The translations under genes were made by a program, and so were the position numbers. A stretch of DNA of 63,852 nt, filler included, from Octopus bimaculoides (taxonomy: Eukaryota), in assembly GCF_001194135.2 (NCBI RefSeq). It is 5 parts of 5 records of this genome, joined end to end, with 100 filler letters (N's around TTAATTAATTAA, not from the genome) between each part and the next. Parts side by side here need not be neighbours in the genome. Positions count along the whole stretch, not along the records: positions 1 to 15,170 come from NC_069003.1; positions 15,271 to 31,188 come from NC_068986.1; 3 more parts are not named here. The stretch is one strand, 5' to 3'. Under the pieces are notes generated by a model, which saw only the letters and a list, made by a program, of their open reading frames with translations, made no database searches and had not been told where the DNA came from. Below are positions 12,937 to 24,619 of this stretch, one piece after another. Positions within the stretch are counted from its first letter, which is position 1; each line of letters begins with the position of its first letter.

Positions 12937-14122
12937 CATACATACATGCATATGTATATATATATATATATGTATATACATGTGTGCGTGTATGTGTGTG
13001 TGTGTGAAGCACACTTGTGAATCTAGGCAATAGCATTTCAGTTCATCTCAACGAGATATTTTAATCACTGAGAGAGCATATTTCAACAGGTACATGCACG
13101 TATTTATCTCCCCACCCTCACACTCACACGCATCCTTATATATAGGTGCATGCGTGTCTATGTGTGACTGTAAGTGCATGTGCGCATGTGTGTGTGTGTG
13201 TGTGTATGTGGTTGTGTATGCGTATAAGCAATAGCTCCCCAACTGCAAGGCACTCACAGCAAAGTATGAAGAAACTAATAAAAAATGAGTTTAGTTGGAA
13301 CATGGGTAGGTTTTCCACACTCTCTCTATATTGTCTGTANNNNNNNNNNNNNNNNNNNNNNNNNNNNNNNNNNNNNNNNNNNNNNNNNNNNNNNNNNNNN
13401 NNNNNNNNNNNNNNNNNNNNNNNNNNNNNNNNNNNNNNNNNNNNNNNNNNNNNNNNNNNNNNNNNNNNNNNNNNNNNNNNNNNNNNNNNNNNNNNNNNNN
13501 NNNNNNNNNNNNNNNNNNNNNNNNNNNNNNNNNNNNNNNNNNNNNNNNNNNNNNNNNNNNNNNNNNNNNNNNNNNNNNNNNNNNNNNNNNNNNNNNNNNN
13601 NNNNNNNNNNNNNNNNNNNNNNNNNNNNNNNNNNNNNNNNNNNNNNNNNNNNNNNNNNNNNNNNNNNNNNNNNNNNNNNNNNNNNNNNNNNNNNNNNNNN
13701 NNNNNNNNNNNNNNNNNNNNNNNNNNNNNNNNNNNNNNNNNNNNNNNNNNNNNNNNNNNNNNNNNNNNNNNNNNNNNNNNNNNNNNNNNNNNNNNNNNNN
13801 NNNNNNNNNNNNNNNNNNNNNNNNNNNNNNNNNNNNNNNNNNNNNNNNNNNNNNNNNNNNNNNNNNNNNNNNNNNNNNNNNNNNNNNNNNNNNNNNNNNN
13901 NNNNNNNNNNNNNNNNNNNNNNNNNNNNNNNNNNNNNNNNNNNNNNNNNNNNNNNNNNNNNNNNNNNNNNNNNNNNNNNNNNNNNNNNNNNNNNNNNNNN
14001 NNNNNNNNNNNNNNNNNNNNNNNNNNNNNNNNNNNNNNNNNNNNNNNNNNNNNNNNNNNNNNNNNNNNNNNNNNNNNNNNNNNNNNNNNNNNNNNNNNNN
14101 NNNNNNNNNNNNNNNNNNNNNN

Positions 14123-14480
14123 AAAGCAGCGGACTCGCGGTCATAGGATCGCGGTTTCGATTCCCAGACCGGGCGTTGTGAGTGTTTATTGAGCGAAAAC
14201 ACCTAAAGCTCCACGAGGATCCAGCAGGGGATGGTGGCGAACCCTGCTGTACTCTTCCACCACAACTTTCTCTCACTCTTACTTCCTGTTTCTGTTGTGC
14301 CTGTATTTCAAAGGGTCAGCCTTGTCACACTGAGTCACGCTGAATATCCCCGAGAACTACATTAAGGGTACACGTGTCTGTGGAGTGCTCAGCCAATTGC
14401 ACGTTAATTTCCCGAGCAGGCTGTTCCGTTGATCGGATCAACTGGAACCCTCGACGTCGTAAGCGATGGAGAGCCAACAA
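14123..14480 (+). mobile_element. tRNA-SINE third family; relatives 1146-1325 (-), 7040-7350 (+, tail duplicated at 6930-7035), 55408-55560 (+)
   Basis: Shared GGTTTCGATTCC.AGACCGGG.GTTGTG.GTGTTTATTGAGCGAAAACACCTAAAGCTC segment. Confidence 0.8.
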
Positions 14481-15170
14481 CAATTAGAATACTAGTGATA
14501 TGGTGGGGTCATATATTAGAATTAATATATATTAGAATTAATTTCGATGTCATATATTAGAATTAATTTAAGACTTTGAAAACTCCCAGCAATTGTTAGA
14601 CGATCTACTTTCATGCGTTACAACCAAATTTGAAGGTTTTCATTTAAACAGTATTAATTATTTAGATATTTTGATACTTAGATAAGTTTCGACCAGAATT
14701 GGCCCAGGCCATGACTAGCTTTATAGCACCATTTGGAAAAAACATTTAATGATGTTTTATAGTATATTCTTTGGGCACCATAGCCCATTCAAGTAAAGAG
14801 TAATTGTTTTGCGGAGATATGTCTGAGTGTTTGTGGTATGTCTGGAATTTGTTGGAGATATTCATCCAAGAACTGTTTGAATGCTATGTGACTTGTACGT
14901 GTATATATGTACTCAAAGCAATGACTAGTAATATCACGAAACCGGTATGCTTGTAAATCTCTTTAACAACTCACAATAATGACTTTTATTACCTTTATTC
15001 CTACATCAGTTCATCTAATTGTATATATATATATCGTTACTTTTCATAAAAAAGACTTTACTTTTTTTGATTTCCAATGTGCATTTTCTCTTATTTTTCT
15101 GCTTACTTTCCCCTTACATCTCCACGTGTAGTTTCTATTTTGTTTTTTTAACATATTTCTATTATATATA

Positions 15171-15270
15171 NNNNNNNNNNNNNNNNNNNNNNNNNNNNNN
15201 NNNNNNNNNNNNNNTTAATTAATTAANNNNNNNNNNNNNNNNNNNNNNNNNNNNNNNNNNNNNNNNNNNN
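15171..15270. other. Artificial scaffold-join spacer
   Basis: 44 N + TTAATTAATTAA + 44 N = 100 bp; the 12-mer has stops in all six frames. Confidence 0.95.
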
Positions 15271-15443
15271 GATATCGTAACATCACCACCCTCCTCCTTC
15301 ATTCTTTTAAACATGTCTTTTAATTCTTCAATATTTATATCAATATTTTCCGTTGCCACTGCGGCAACCGTGGAGAATTTTTTCCCGCTATTATATTCAC
15401 TCTCTGCGAGAGTACACTGTTCGTGTATTATCTCTACCGACAT
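15271..15443 (-). CDS. Candidate first coding exon, unknown product (MSVEIIHEQCTLAESEYNSGKKFSTVAAVATENIDINIEELKDMFKRMKEEGGDVTI...), truncated by spacer
   Basis: ATG-initiated, complex composition, CpG retained, in-frame stop just upstream. No family recognised; a transposon ORF is not excluded. Confidence 0.35.
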
Positions 15444-16860
15444 AATTCGGTTGGCGGATTAACATAAAATTTTAAAATTTAATTGGTTTCCCACACAAAC
15501 TGGGAAACCTATAAAAAAGGTTTTCCTCTTAAAGAGTACAAAAATGTTCAAATCCCACCCCTGTTAGGGGGAGGGGCACAAAAATAGTCTAGAAAGACTA
15601 TTCAGAGTTCAAAAAATAAAATAAAATGTTTCAACAAAATGCCGCAATGGCCAGCAACTACAATAATTTTTGTAATTATTCCCCGGTAGAACCAGGAAAC
15701 AAAACAGTTCAACAATTTTTTCTACAATAATTTCTTCGTTCAACAGCAAAAAAATCCAATAACAGTAGCAATAACAACAACAACAAAACGCTTACCAGGA
15801 GCCAGTAAAAAATACGTCTTCACTGTAGTGAGGGAAGCAAGCTTCTTACCACAGCCACACCTGCACCTATTGTGTGTAACATTCTTGTACTTTTGGCTTT
15901 CATTGCTGTCTTTGATTGACTTATATGTCTGTGTTCTGTCCTCTCTTAACCTTTTCAATAAGATGTAAATACAGCTGTGCACTGCTGTATATATACTAAG
16001 CTCCAAACTGGCAGAATTATTGAAACATCAACATATAATAATTCTGTTTTGAGGGGGGGGGGGGTTCTGACTCTAAACATTCCGAGTTGGGTTCACAGAA
16101 ACTATTTTTGTGTGGCAGATCTAATCTGCTTCCTGGTTTAACACCACCACCCAGGTCCTGAGTGCCCTTTAACAGATTCCACTGTGTTTAAAGCATTTGG
16201 GCCTGAGGATAACTTGATATCTTACTTCCTACTGTAGAAATGTATGAATCATGGTTTCTTCCTCACTGTTTTCAAAGGCCCAGCAAAAAGGTCCTGGGTT
16301 CTATCCTCCCCTAATGGTTGAAATGCAAAGTTGACCTTGTCAGGGTTTGAAATTAGAATGTAAAGATGTTTTTTGTCTGGCACTCCAATGTTTTTTTACC
16401 AATCTACTGTCTTTCACTAAGCCATGAAATATTTATCAAGGTTTGTTTATTTTACTAAATCATAATCAAAAGTAAAAATTTGCTTTCCTCTAAACTACTT
16501 TTCTCTACTCACAAAAAATGGGTGTGATGTGTGATGAATTGCAGAAAGATATTTGACCGCTCATATTGATAAAACACAATATTAATATGAACCTTGGATA
16601 AATGAAAAGCAAAACAGACTTTGGCAGAATTAAAATTCAGATCATTAAAAAACAACGAAATACAAGGCATTTTGGCTGATGCTTTACCAATTCTGGAAAG
16701 ATGGAAAGCAAAACTGACCAAGGCAGAGTTCAAATTTGCAATGTAAATAAAAGGTATAAGTAAATATCACTCAATCAACTCTGCCAACCCACTACCCAAA
16801 GCTATAGTAAATGAAAAAAAGTGAATATATATATTAAATGAATTCTCATTTTACACTAAC

Positions 16861-16922
16861 CCAAGTAATATTGATATCAAACTCTGGTTCATCCATAATA
16901 TCTTCTAGTCTATCAATGTTTC
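16861..16922 (-). CDS. Candidate exon, ankyrin-repeat-like ((G)NIDRLEDIMDEPEFDINITW)
   Basis: Acceptor ttgtttgtacag|, donor |gttagt; only one of three frames open; fits the second half of the ankyrin consensus. Confidence 0.45.
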
Positions 16923-17060
16923 CTGTACAAACAATTATAATTATTTCCTGAAATTCAAATATAAAATTTTGTTAGTAGCAATGTTATAATAGCTTTTCAT
17001 TATGAATATTCAGAATTAGTGTTTTATATTAAAAAAAAAAGAAAATAATAATAATAATAA

Positions 17061-17815
17061 TGGTTATGGCTGCAGAAAGGAAAGCTAAAGAGGGAGACAG
17101 AAACTTTGTTACTAGCTGCACAAGATCAAGCATTAAGGACTAATTGGATAAAAGCCAAGATTGACAAAAACCAAGTAAATTCCCAATGTAGATTATGCAA
17201 ATCAAAAGAAGAAAGTGTTACTCATATAGTAAGTGAATGTAGCATGCTGGCACAGAAAGAATACTAGAAAGGACATGACAATCTAGGGAGAGCAATCCAC
17301 TGGGAGCTATGTAGAAAGCTAGAATTTGAACATACTGATAAAAGGTATGAACATGAACCTAGTAAAGTATTAGAAAGTAAAGTAAACATTCAGACTGACA
17401 GAGTAATAGAAGCTAGAAGGGCTGATTTGGTAGTAGTAAATAAAAAGAATAGAAAGAGCCATATAATTGACTTTATAGTCCCAAATGATGAAAAAATTAA
17501 TATGAGAAGTATAGAAAAAAAAAACAAAGTACCAGGATCTAGCTATTGAATTACAGAGACTATTAAAAGTGCGGGTAAAATGTATCCCAGTAATTATAAA
17601 TGTATTGGGAGCTATCCCTGATGATCTGAACAAATGGATAAAGGAAATGGGAATAAAACCCAGTTTAGTGCAGCTGCAGAAAACAGTATTATTAGGAACT
17701 TGGCATCTAAGGTTACTTGCTGTAACCCAATAGGAAGATTCTTGGCATCTAAGGCTATTTGTAGCCCGTTGTTAAGATTTTTTCTTTTCCAACAGCCTAA
17801 TCTGTTGAGTGTATA

Positions 17816-17877
<62 letters not shown>
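17061..17877 (+). mobile_element. R4/Dong-clade non-LTR retrotransposon, 5'-truncated 3' end with CCHC knuckle and REL endonuclease, (TAA)n on both sides
   Basis: Degenerate translation WLQKGKLKRETETLLLAAQDQALRTNWIKAKID...CRLCKSKEESVTHIVSEC...RRADLVVVNKK...IIDFIVPND...KYQDLAIEL. (TAA)n at 17045-17060 and 17818-17877. Confidence 0.85.
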
Positions 17878-17911
17878 TGTAGTTGTAAGGTACAAATAAG
17901 GTTGCTCTTAC

Positions 17912-17944
17912 CTCGAAATGCAATCAGCGACAATACATCCAAAC
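17912..17944 (-). CDS. Candidate micro-exon ((G)LDVLSLIAFR(G)) completing the ankyrin-like repeat
   Basis: Strong donor GAG|gtaaga and phase compatible with 16861-16922, but weak acceptor (cctgaag|). Confidence 0.2.
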
Positions 17945-18000
17945 CTTCAGGTTACAGGAACCAGCAGAACTCAATAGTCATACCTATACATGCTCTCTTG

Positions 18001-18026
18001 CTGATGAGGCCTTAGGCCAACATGTT
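18001..18026 (+). ncRNA. Degenerate hammerhead relic next to the Penelope remnant
   Basis: CUGAUGA-GGCC-uua-GGCC-(GA missing)AAC-AU-GUU; no stem I pairing. Confidence 0.25.
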
Positions 18027-18139
18027 TTTGGATCTGATGATACGCTGTAAAGCTAAACACTTTATGAACATGAAACCCAGGGTAATCCCATAAGCCAGCC
18101 TTATCTAACTTTATTTATATTATATATATATATTTATTA

Positions 18140-18660
18140 CATGAAACCCATAGCTTCTAAGAACTCAGCTTTGTCACACAACGTGAAAATCAACATACTG
18201 ATAGCAGACTTAGTTAGGATAATGAACAATGTGTCCCCACTATGTGAACCCTATGAAACAAAGAAACGTACAGAACTTCATACACTGCATGCAAGTGTAT
18301 GAAGTGTACCCCTTTGAGAATACCACATGCACCAATGATAACTGTATGGTATGTAAGATTAACCCTGGTATTATCTGTAGAACTAGAAATGTAATCTACA
18401 GCATAAGGTGCTTATAAAGACAATAACATGATATACATAGGTGAGACTAAATGCGGAGAGACCAAATGAACATTTGAGACAATATGATGACAAAAAACAG
18501 TCCTCCATACTCTACCAACATGCCAAAGACCAACATGGAGGCACACTGGGTCAACTTAACATCTGCGTTTTATCCAAGTACCTGAAGGACTCAACACTCA
18601 AATACAGGAGTACATCCTCATAAATGAAACATCCCCAGTACTAAATAGGAAATATGTGTA
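18140..18660 (+). mobile_element. Penelope-like element remnant, GIY-YIG endonuclease region
   Basis: CTNDNCMVCK...ICRTRNVIYSIRC...(YIGET)...RPNEHLR; stops and frameshifts. Confidence 0.7.
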
Positions 18661-18724
18661 GGTAGTCATATCCCAATACCCACAGTTTATAGATACACAG
18701 GTAGAGTTGTTAGACTGTTATGTA

Positions 18725-18763
<39 letters not shown>

Positions 18764-19239
18764 TATATGTAGGTAAATGGATATGTAAGTAAACAGATGG
18801 ATAAATAGATAGATAGGTACATAGGTAATATGCACAGACAAGCACACACACATACATGCACACACAAGGAGACAGAGGTACACACAAACACATGAATATG
18901 CAGAATACATACGTACACACACACATACATATATATGGATATATACACACATGCATACATGTATACACATGGACATTGACACACACGCATATACACAAGC
19001 AGACAAAAAGAATGCAGCTCTGATAATAGACAGAGTCAACAACTATTGAAGAGGTTGTAAAATGCAACGAAAATTTTAGAAAAAAATAAAAAAGTAAATG
19101 AGTGGAAATCGAACTGGTGTGTTAAGTAATAAGGCACTAAAAGAGAATGACTCTCCCCAGACACAGTAATACGTATGTGTGTATGTGTCAAAGACACAGT
19201 ATTTACTACAGCCTCCTTACCCACAAACAACATATAAAC

Positions 19240-19700
19240 TAAAGCTAGAGCCTGATGACCTCATATGGTAATATATAATATTGCCAAAACTGCATTCCAA
19301 GGACTAGCTTTTCTCAGGTCCAGAAAATATTTCAATATGATAGTATGCTAAATTCTGCAAATCACTAGCAGTATACACATTGAAGTACTTGCTCACATAT
19401 CTGGGCCAGTGCTGCTGCTGCTATACTAGCAAATAGTTTAGACTTCATCCAGAAGAAAGGCATTCACTTGATTGACAAAGAGTTGTTCACCAATGCATTT
19501 CAACCATAGCTCACAGACATCTTGTTTACTCTTCTACTGCTACTACATCAGCCCTTGCCAGTCTCAGTTTGCAAACTGCATATCACTCCATCTGATACAT
19601 TTGTCTCTCTTTCTCTCATCTTACTTCCCAATACTTCTCTAAACACTTTTCCTGTCATACACTGTCAGAGCTGCTACTCTCTGGAATTCCCTCTTTGTCT
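19240..19700 (+). mobile_element. L2/CR1-group LINE 3' remnant
   Basis: CSHIWASAAAAILANSLDFIQKKGIHLIDKEL, a degenerate form of the YCSHIW...LDRIQ.RA motif following RT. Confidence 0.55.
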
Positions 19701-19896
19701 GCTTTTTTTTTTTCTTGGTGATACCAACAAACACGTTCATGCTGAACAACAACCACATCAATCACCCAGATCTGAGGAGACTAGTAAATATTATGAAAAC
19801 TTTCCTACCCCCTTTGACTAATTTTAAAAGCAAAAAGAAAAAAATAAAGTTTTTAAAACAAATTTATATCATTTTACAGCCAAATCATTTCATTAC

Positions 19897-19986
19897 TTTC
19901 TTCCATTTTCTCAAAGCTTCTTGCTGTTCATGTTTCTGATTTTCTTCTTCATTCTCATTTTGTGCATTACCATTTTGAGAAACTAG
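19897..19986 (-). CDS. Candidate exon (LVSQNGNAQNENEEENQKHEQQEALRKWKK)
   Basis: Strong acceptor tattttctgttttcag|, donor |gtaatg; 90 nt, phase 0-0; coding-like purine bias. Confidence 0.5.
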
Positions 19987-20879
19987 CTGAAAACAGAAAA
20001 TACATTTCCTTTAGAAAAATATGCATAATATTTAACTTGACAAATTTTTAAACGAATATAGGTTAAAAAATAAAATATAAGATAAATAAAACCACAAAAA
20101 TTTGCAGTTTTGGGAGTCTCCGATAAAACTCCCAAACAGCATAGTTGTGAGTTTTTTGGGGGTTTTTTTCATATGACTTAATGAGAGAAGGAAGAGCATC
20201 ACACATGACCTTTTTCAGGACCTTCAAGACTGCTTGGAGAAAATGACGAAAGTTATCCTCAGACCTGGCCTTGTAGTAGTGTTAAACCAAATGACAGGTT
20301 AAGAATAGGAACGGTTCTTTTGACAGATTTCCACACAGTTTCTGCCTGCTAAATTATGAGGCCTTACAGAAAAAGTATTCTGGCCAGATTTACATTTTAA
20401 AACTGCAGTTGATTTGATCTGATGAAAAATGAGCTAACCCACTTGATGTGTCAGTCATTTTGCTTCTATTTTGGGGTGTTTTTTTTTTTGTTTTTTTTTT
20501 CTCTCTGTCATACATAACTATCTTTGACTTTTAGTTATGGATTCCACTTCGAATATTACTCAAGAAGATTTACTGCTGTTTTAAAATTACTCCTTAAATA
20601 AATCATGAAAACAGTTTCATATTGATTGATGACTACCAGAATTCTGAGATTTCATTTTACTGGGATTCTTTTCACAGTTATCATTTTATAAGCATATATC
20701 TGACTTATAAGGTAAACCAAGTCCTTTAACAATATGGCCAGATTTGTTCAAGCGTGATATTCTTTAGAACTTTATAATCAATAAACCATGAAATATAGCT
20801 TTACATGAAGATTCAAATATATTCCATAGAGATTTTGTAAGAAATATATGTATACACTTATATCTATTTTTATTTTTAC

Positions 20880-21002
20880 AGCCTTGCAGTGTCTGATTGA
20901 GTCCCAAATTAAAACATCCTGATCAAATGTACTGGTCAGAGGGCACAACATTTGATATGATACGATAGCTACATGCATAACACACAGATACGTGTAAAAT
21001 TC
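20880..21002 (-). CDS. Candidate exon (EFYTYLCVMHVAIVSYQMLCPLTSTFDQDVLIWDSIRHCKA)
   Basis: Acceptor tttcttctacttgtattag|, weak donor |gtaaaa; 123 nt, phase 0-0, compatible with 19897-19986. Confidence 0.33.
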
Positions 21003-21344
21003 CTAATACAAGTAGAAGAAATTTGAGGTATGAAAAATAACTACATCTAAGTGTATATTATGGAACTTCTCTTTTAAGAGTTTCTAGAGAGTTACATAAA
21101 AATTGATACATGAATAATTAATGAAGCAGATAGCCTACATATAACTCCATCAGTGAAATCTATAAGACTAGTTAAATTCAAATGTGCTCAGAAAATCAGT
21201 TAATTTTGGTGCCAGATTGTCTTGTGTATAGAAAAATCTAAGCAGGATTTTAACTTAACACTACAGGCCAACTCAATACTTGTTAATTATACAGTTCCCT
21301 TTCTATTCAGTAGTTAAATTAATGCTTTTCAGATTATCATCATC

Positions 21345-21760
21345 ATCATCATTATCGTTTAACGTCTGCTTTCCATGCTAGCATGGGTTGGACGATTTGA
21401 CTGAGGACTGGCGAACCAGATGGCTGCAACAGGCTCCAGTCTGATCTGGCAGAGATTCTACAGCTGGATGTACGAACAGCCATGCTTCATGGCTGTGAAA
21501 CATGGGTTGTGACTGCTGAGCACATGTGTAGGCTCGCAAGGAATGAAGCAAGTATGCTCCAATGGATGTGTAATGTCAGTGTGTGTATATATGTACATGT
21601 GTGTGAGTATGTGTACATCATCATCATCATCATCATCGTTTAACGTCCGCTTTCCATGCTAGCATGGGTTGGACGATTTGACTGAGGACTGGTGCAACCG
21701 GATGGCTACACCAGGCTCCAATCTAATTTGGCAGAGTTTCTACAGCTGGATGCCCTTCCT
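21345..21760. mobile_element. Two minus-oriented RTE 3'-tail copies flanking a short plus-oriented RTE ORF fragment (21475-21590)
   Basis: (CAT)n-GTTTAACGTC.GCTTTCCATGCTAGCATGGGTTGGACGATTTGACTGAGGACTGG occurs twice; the middle piece translates RTAMLHGCETWVVTAEHMCRLARNEASMLQWMCNVSV. Confidence 0.7.
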
Positions 21761-23881
21761 AACATGTATAAAGAAATTAAATAAATTGTGAATAATTGTA
21801 ATAAAATAGTGAATAATNNNNNNNNNNNNNNNNNNNNNNNNNNNNNNNNNNNNNNNNNNNNNNNNNNNNNNNNNNNNNNNNNNNNNNNNNNNNNNNNNNN
21901 NNNNNNNNNNNNNNNNNNNNNNNNNNNNNNNNNNNNNNNNNNNNNNNNNNNNNNNNNNNNNNNNNNNNNNNNNNNNNNNNNNNNNNNNNNNNNNNNNNNN
22001 NNNNNNNNNNNNNNNNNNNNNNNNNNNNNNNNNNNNNNNNNNNNNNNNNNNNNNNNNNNNNNNNNNNNNNNNNNNNNNNNNNNNNNNNNNNNNNNNNNNN
22101 NNNNNNNNNNNNNNNNNNNNNNNNNNNNNNNNNNNNNNNNNNNNNNNNNNNNNNNNNNNNNNNNNNNNNNNNNNNNNNNNNNNNNNNNNNNNNNNNNNNN
22201 NNNNNNNNNNNNNNNNNNNNNNNNNNNNNNNNNNNNNNNNNNNNNNNNNNNNNNNNNNNNNNNNNNNNNNNNNNNNNNNNNNNNNNNNNNNNNNNNNNNN
22301 NNNNNNNNTATATATATATATATATATATGGTTGTATGTATATGTGAGAGATTTCGACCGACTCAAAACTGAACCCAAATCTCTCAGCTCACAACTCGAC
22401 CTCAGAGGAAAATGTTTCCCACAAGTATATTTTCCCAACAAAAGACCACACATTCAAGTGAATTGCTTGTAAAACTAAGGGATCCACTATAGATAACAAA
22501 TGACAAAGAAAATGTTTGGCAAAAATTAACGACCAAAACACTTGACCTTCGATACCCATAAATCAAGGGAACGTTAGCCAGACAGCTTCACTTGTCAGCA
22601 CTGTGACCACCAAATGTTATAAATAGAGAGACATTTGGCCAAGAAAGGTTAGTTGCTAGCAGACCCCACACACTTTGCAAGGATGATCATCTGTCTAATT
22701 GAGACGTCGCGACTGCTGACTAACTACTAGCCCGAGAGCACTCATCGCTACAACAACTGTTATACAAGTAAGGTTCTTTTGTACACACACGCTTTGTCTT
22801 TTCAAACACGCGAAAACACAAACAACAAAAACAACAATTCCTATATCACAAATACCACAACTGAATTTGTTTCTTGTGAACATTTTTTTCATTTATTATT
22901 GTTTACCTGCTGTGAAAGAGCAAATGTAACTATATTAATACCTGTGATATTAGTCAGTATTAAAAGTAATAAATTTCCGGGTATTAATCAAGATACTTTT
23001 ATTATTTTCCATTACTTTTTGTTTATTGAGTTGCTGAAATCCTGCGGGAAGTGGGGAGGGGGTTATCGTCAGTCCCGTAACCTAATTGGTCATCTATTGT
23101 TTTGAAAGGCCATGACTTTGTTATGGTTGGTTAATGGATAACCGATAACATAAACAACAAAGTAGGCAAAAATATATATAAAGGTATATAAATAAAAAAC
23201 AAAAAACAAATAATCCAAGGCTAACTATTACTCTTTTACTTGTTTCAGTCATTTGACTGCGGCCATGCTGGAGNNNNNNNNNNNNNNNNNNNNNNNNNNN
23301 NNNNNNNNNNNNNNNNNNNNNNNNNNNNNNNNNNNNNNNNNNNNNNNNNNNNNNNNNNNNNNNNNNNNNNNNNGCCAGTCACATGGTACTGGCAACGGCC
23401 ACGCTCAAATGGTGTTTTTTATGTGCCGCTGGCATGGGAGCCAGTCCAGCAGCACTAGCAATGACCTCACTCGAATGATTTTCTAACATTCCACCAGCAC
23501 AAGTTCTAGAAGTCGATGCTGGTAATGATCACGCTCTAAAGGTGCTATTTACGGGCCACTAGCATGGAAGCTGGACAGCTGCTCTGGCAATGAACACACT
23601 TGGACTGTGCTGTTAGTGCTCCACTGGCGCAGGTGCCAGTCATCGAATATGGTTCAATTACGATTTTGATTTCACTTGCCCCAACAGGTCTTCTCAAGCA
23701 GAGTTTAGTGTCCAATGAAGGAGAGGTTGGCATGGGTGCCAGTTGTCGGATTTGGTTTAATTTCAATTTCAGATTTCAAAATTCACTTGCCTCAACAGGT
23801 CTTCGGAAGCAGAGTTTAGTGTCCAATAAAGTACACTTCTGGCAGAGGCCACAGATTATGCTCTCACTTGGCTTTCTGGGT

Positions 23882-23929
<48 letters not shown>

Positions 23930-24235
23930 ATTACCTATGGTTGCATATGTTGTTCACACATAAAATACAGAACGTGAACGTAAATAAAAAAGATGCATTT
24001 ACGAAGAAAACAGAAAATAACAGAAAGGAAACCAAAACCAAGTCCAAAGTCTCTATCTTATCTCATATGAACGAAATTGTTACAAACACACATATGAACA
24101 CACATACTTACATATAAGCACGAACACATAAGTGCGTGCACACATACGAGCTTGCACACACTCACATGCTCATACCAAACAATTTCAAAACAACGCCAAA
24201 TCATACATTCAAAATAAATGGAAGTAGAGAGACAG

Positions 24236-24276
24236 GTTACTGAAGAGATTGCAAGAGTGCAATGAAATGATTTAAC
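24236..24276 (+). ncRNA. Minimal type I hammerhead-like motif
   Basis: GUUA-CUGAAGA-G-AUUGCA-agag-UGCAAU-GAAA-U-g-AUU^-UAAC. Stem II 6 bp perfect, stem I 4 bp. Confidence 0.55.
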
Positions 24277-24619
24277 AAAAAAAACTAAATACTGTTTATA
24301 AATTAATAAAGGACTGAACCAGTGCATGTGTTTATTACCTGCATAATGCCTCTCCCAAGGTTTAATTGTATTTCTTTCAACACACGTATCCACATCAAGA
24401 ATCTTGCACATGAAATAAATTTCATTACCATTCTATTAATAAGAGAACAATGAAATGTCTCCACTAGCAACAACAGAATCTATCTTCAATAAATATTCAT
24501 TTCTTTTGTTGTAATACAAGGCTAATTTTTTCTGGAGGAAAATATAGTCAGGTTAATTGATACTATTATATAATTAGCTTTTTATAAAATCCTATTTAAA
24601 ATTTTACTCCAGTAGTTTG

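Noticed and set aside
8013-13257. Homopolymer and dipeptide ORFs (poly-R, L, S, HT, YI, CV)
   Set aside because: Microsatellite translations.
15215-15226. TTAATTAATTAA as a biological palindrome (also 31233, 51827, 62704)
   Set aside because: Identical 100-bp N-padded layout four times indicates an assembly linker.
16513-16740. Degenerate ~40-bp direct repeat (LDK*KAKQTLAELKF / LERWKAKLTKAEFKF) and minus-strand acceptor/donor pair; TGA-for-Trp suggested a NUMT
   Set aside because: The same frame has TAA, no mitochondrial protein similarity was seen, and the minus exon opens with a stop in the required phase.
17957-18110. Minus frame KAGLWDYPGFHVHKVFSFTAYHQIQKHVGLRPHQQESMYR
   Set aside because: Purine-rich acceptor, phase incompatible with neighbours, overlaps the hammerhead/Penelope relic.
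20882-21027. Plus-strand exon with good acceptor and donor
   Set aside because: All three frames contain stops; the minus strand has an open exon-like frame.
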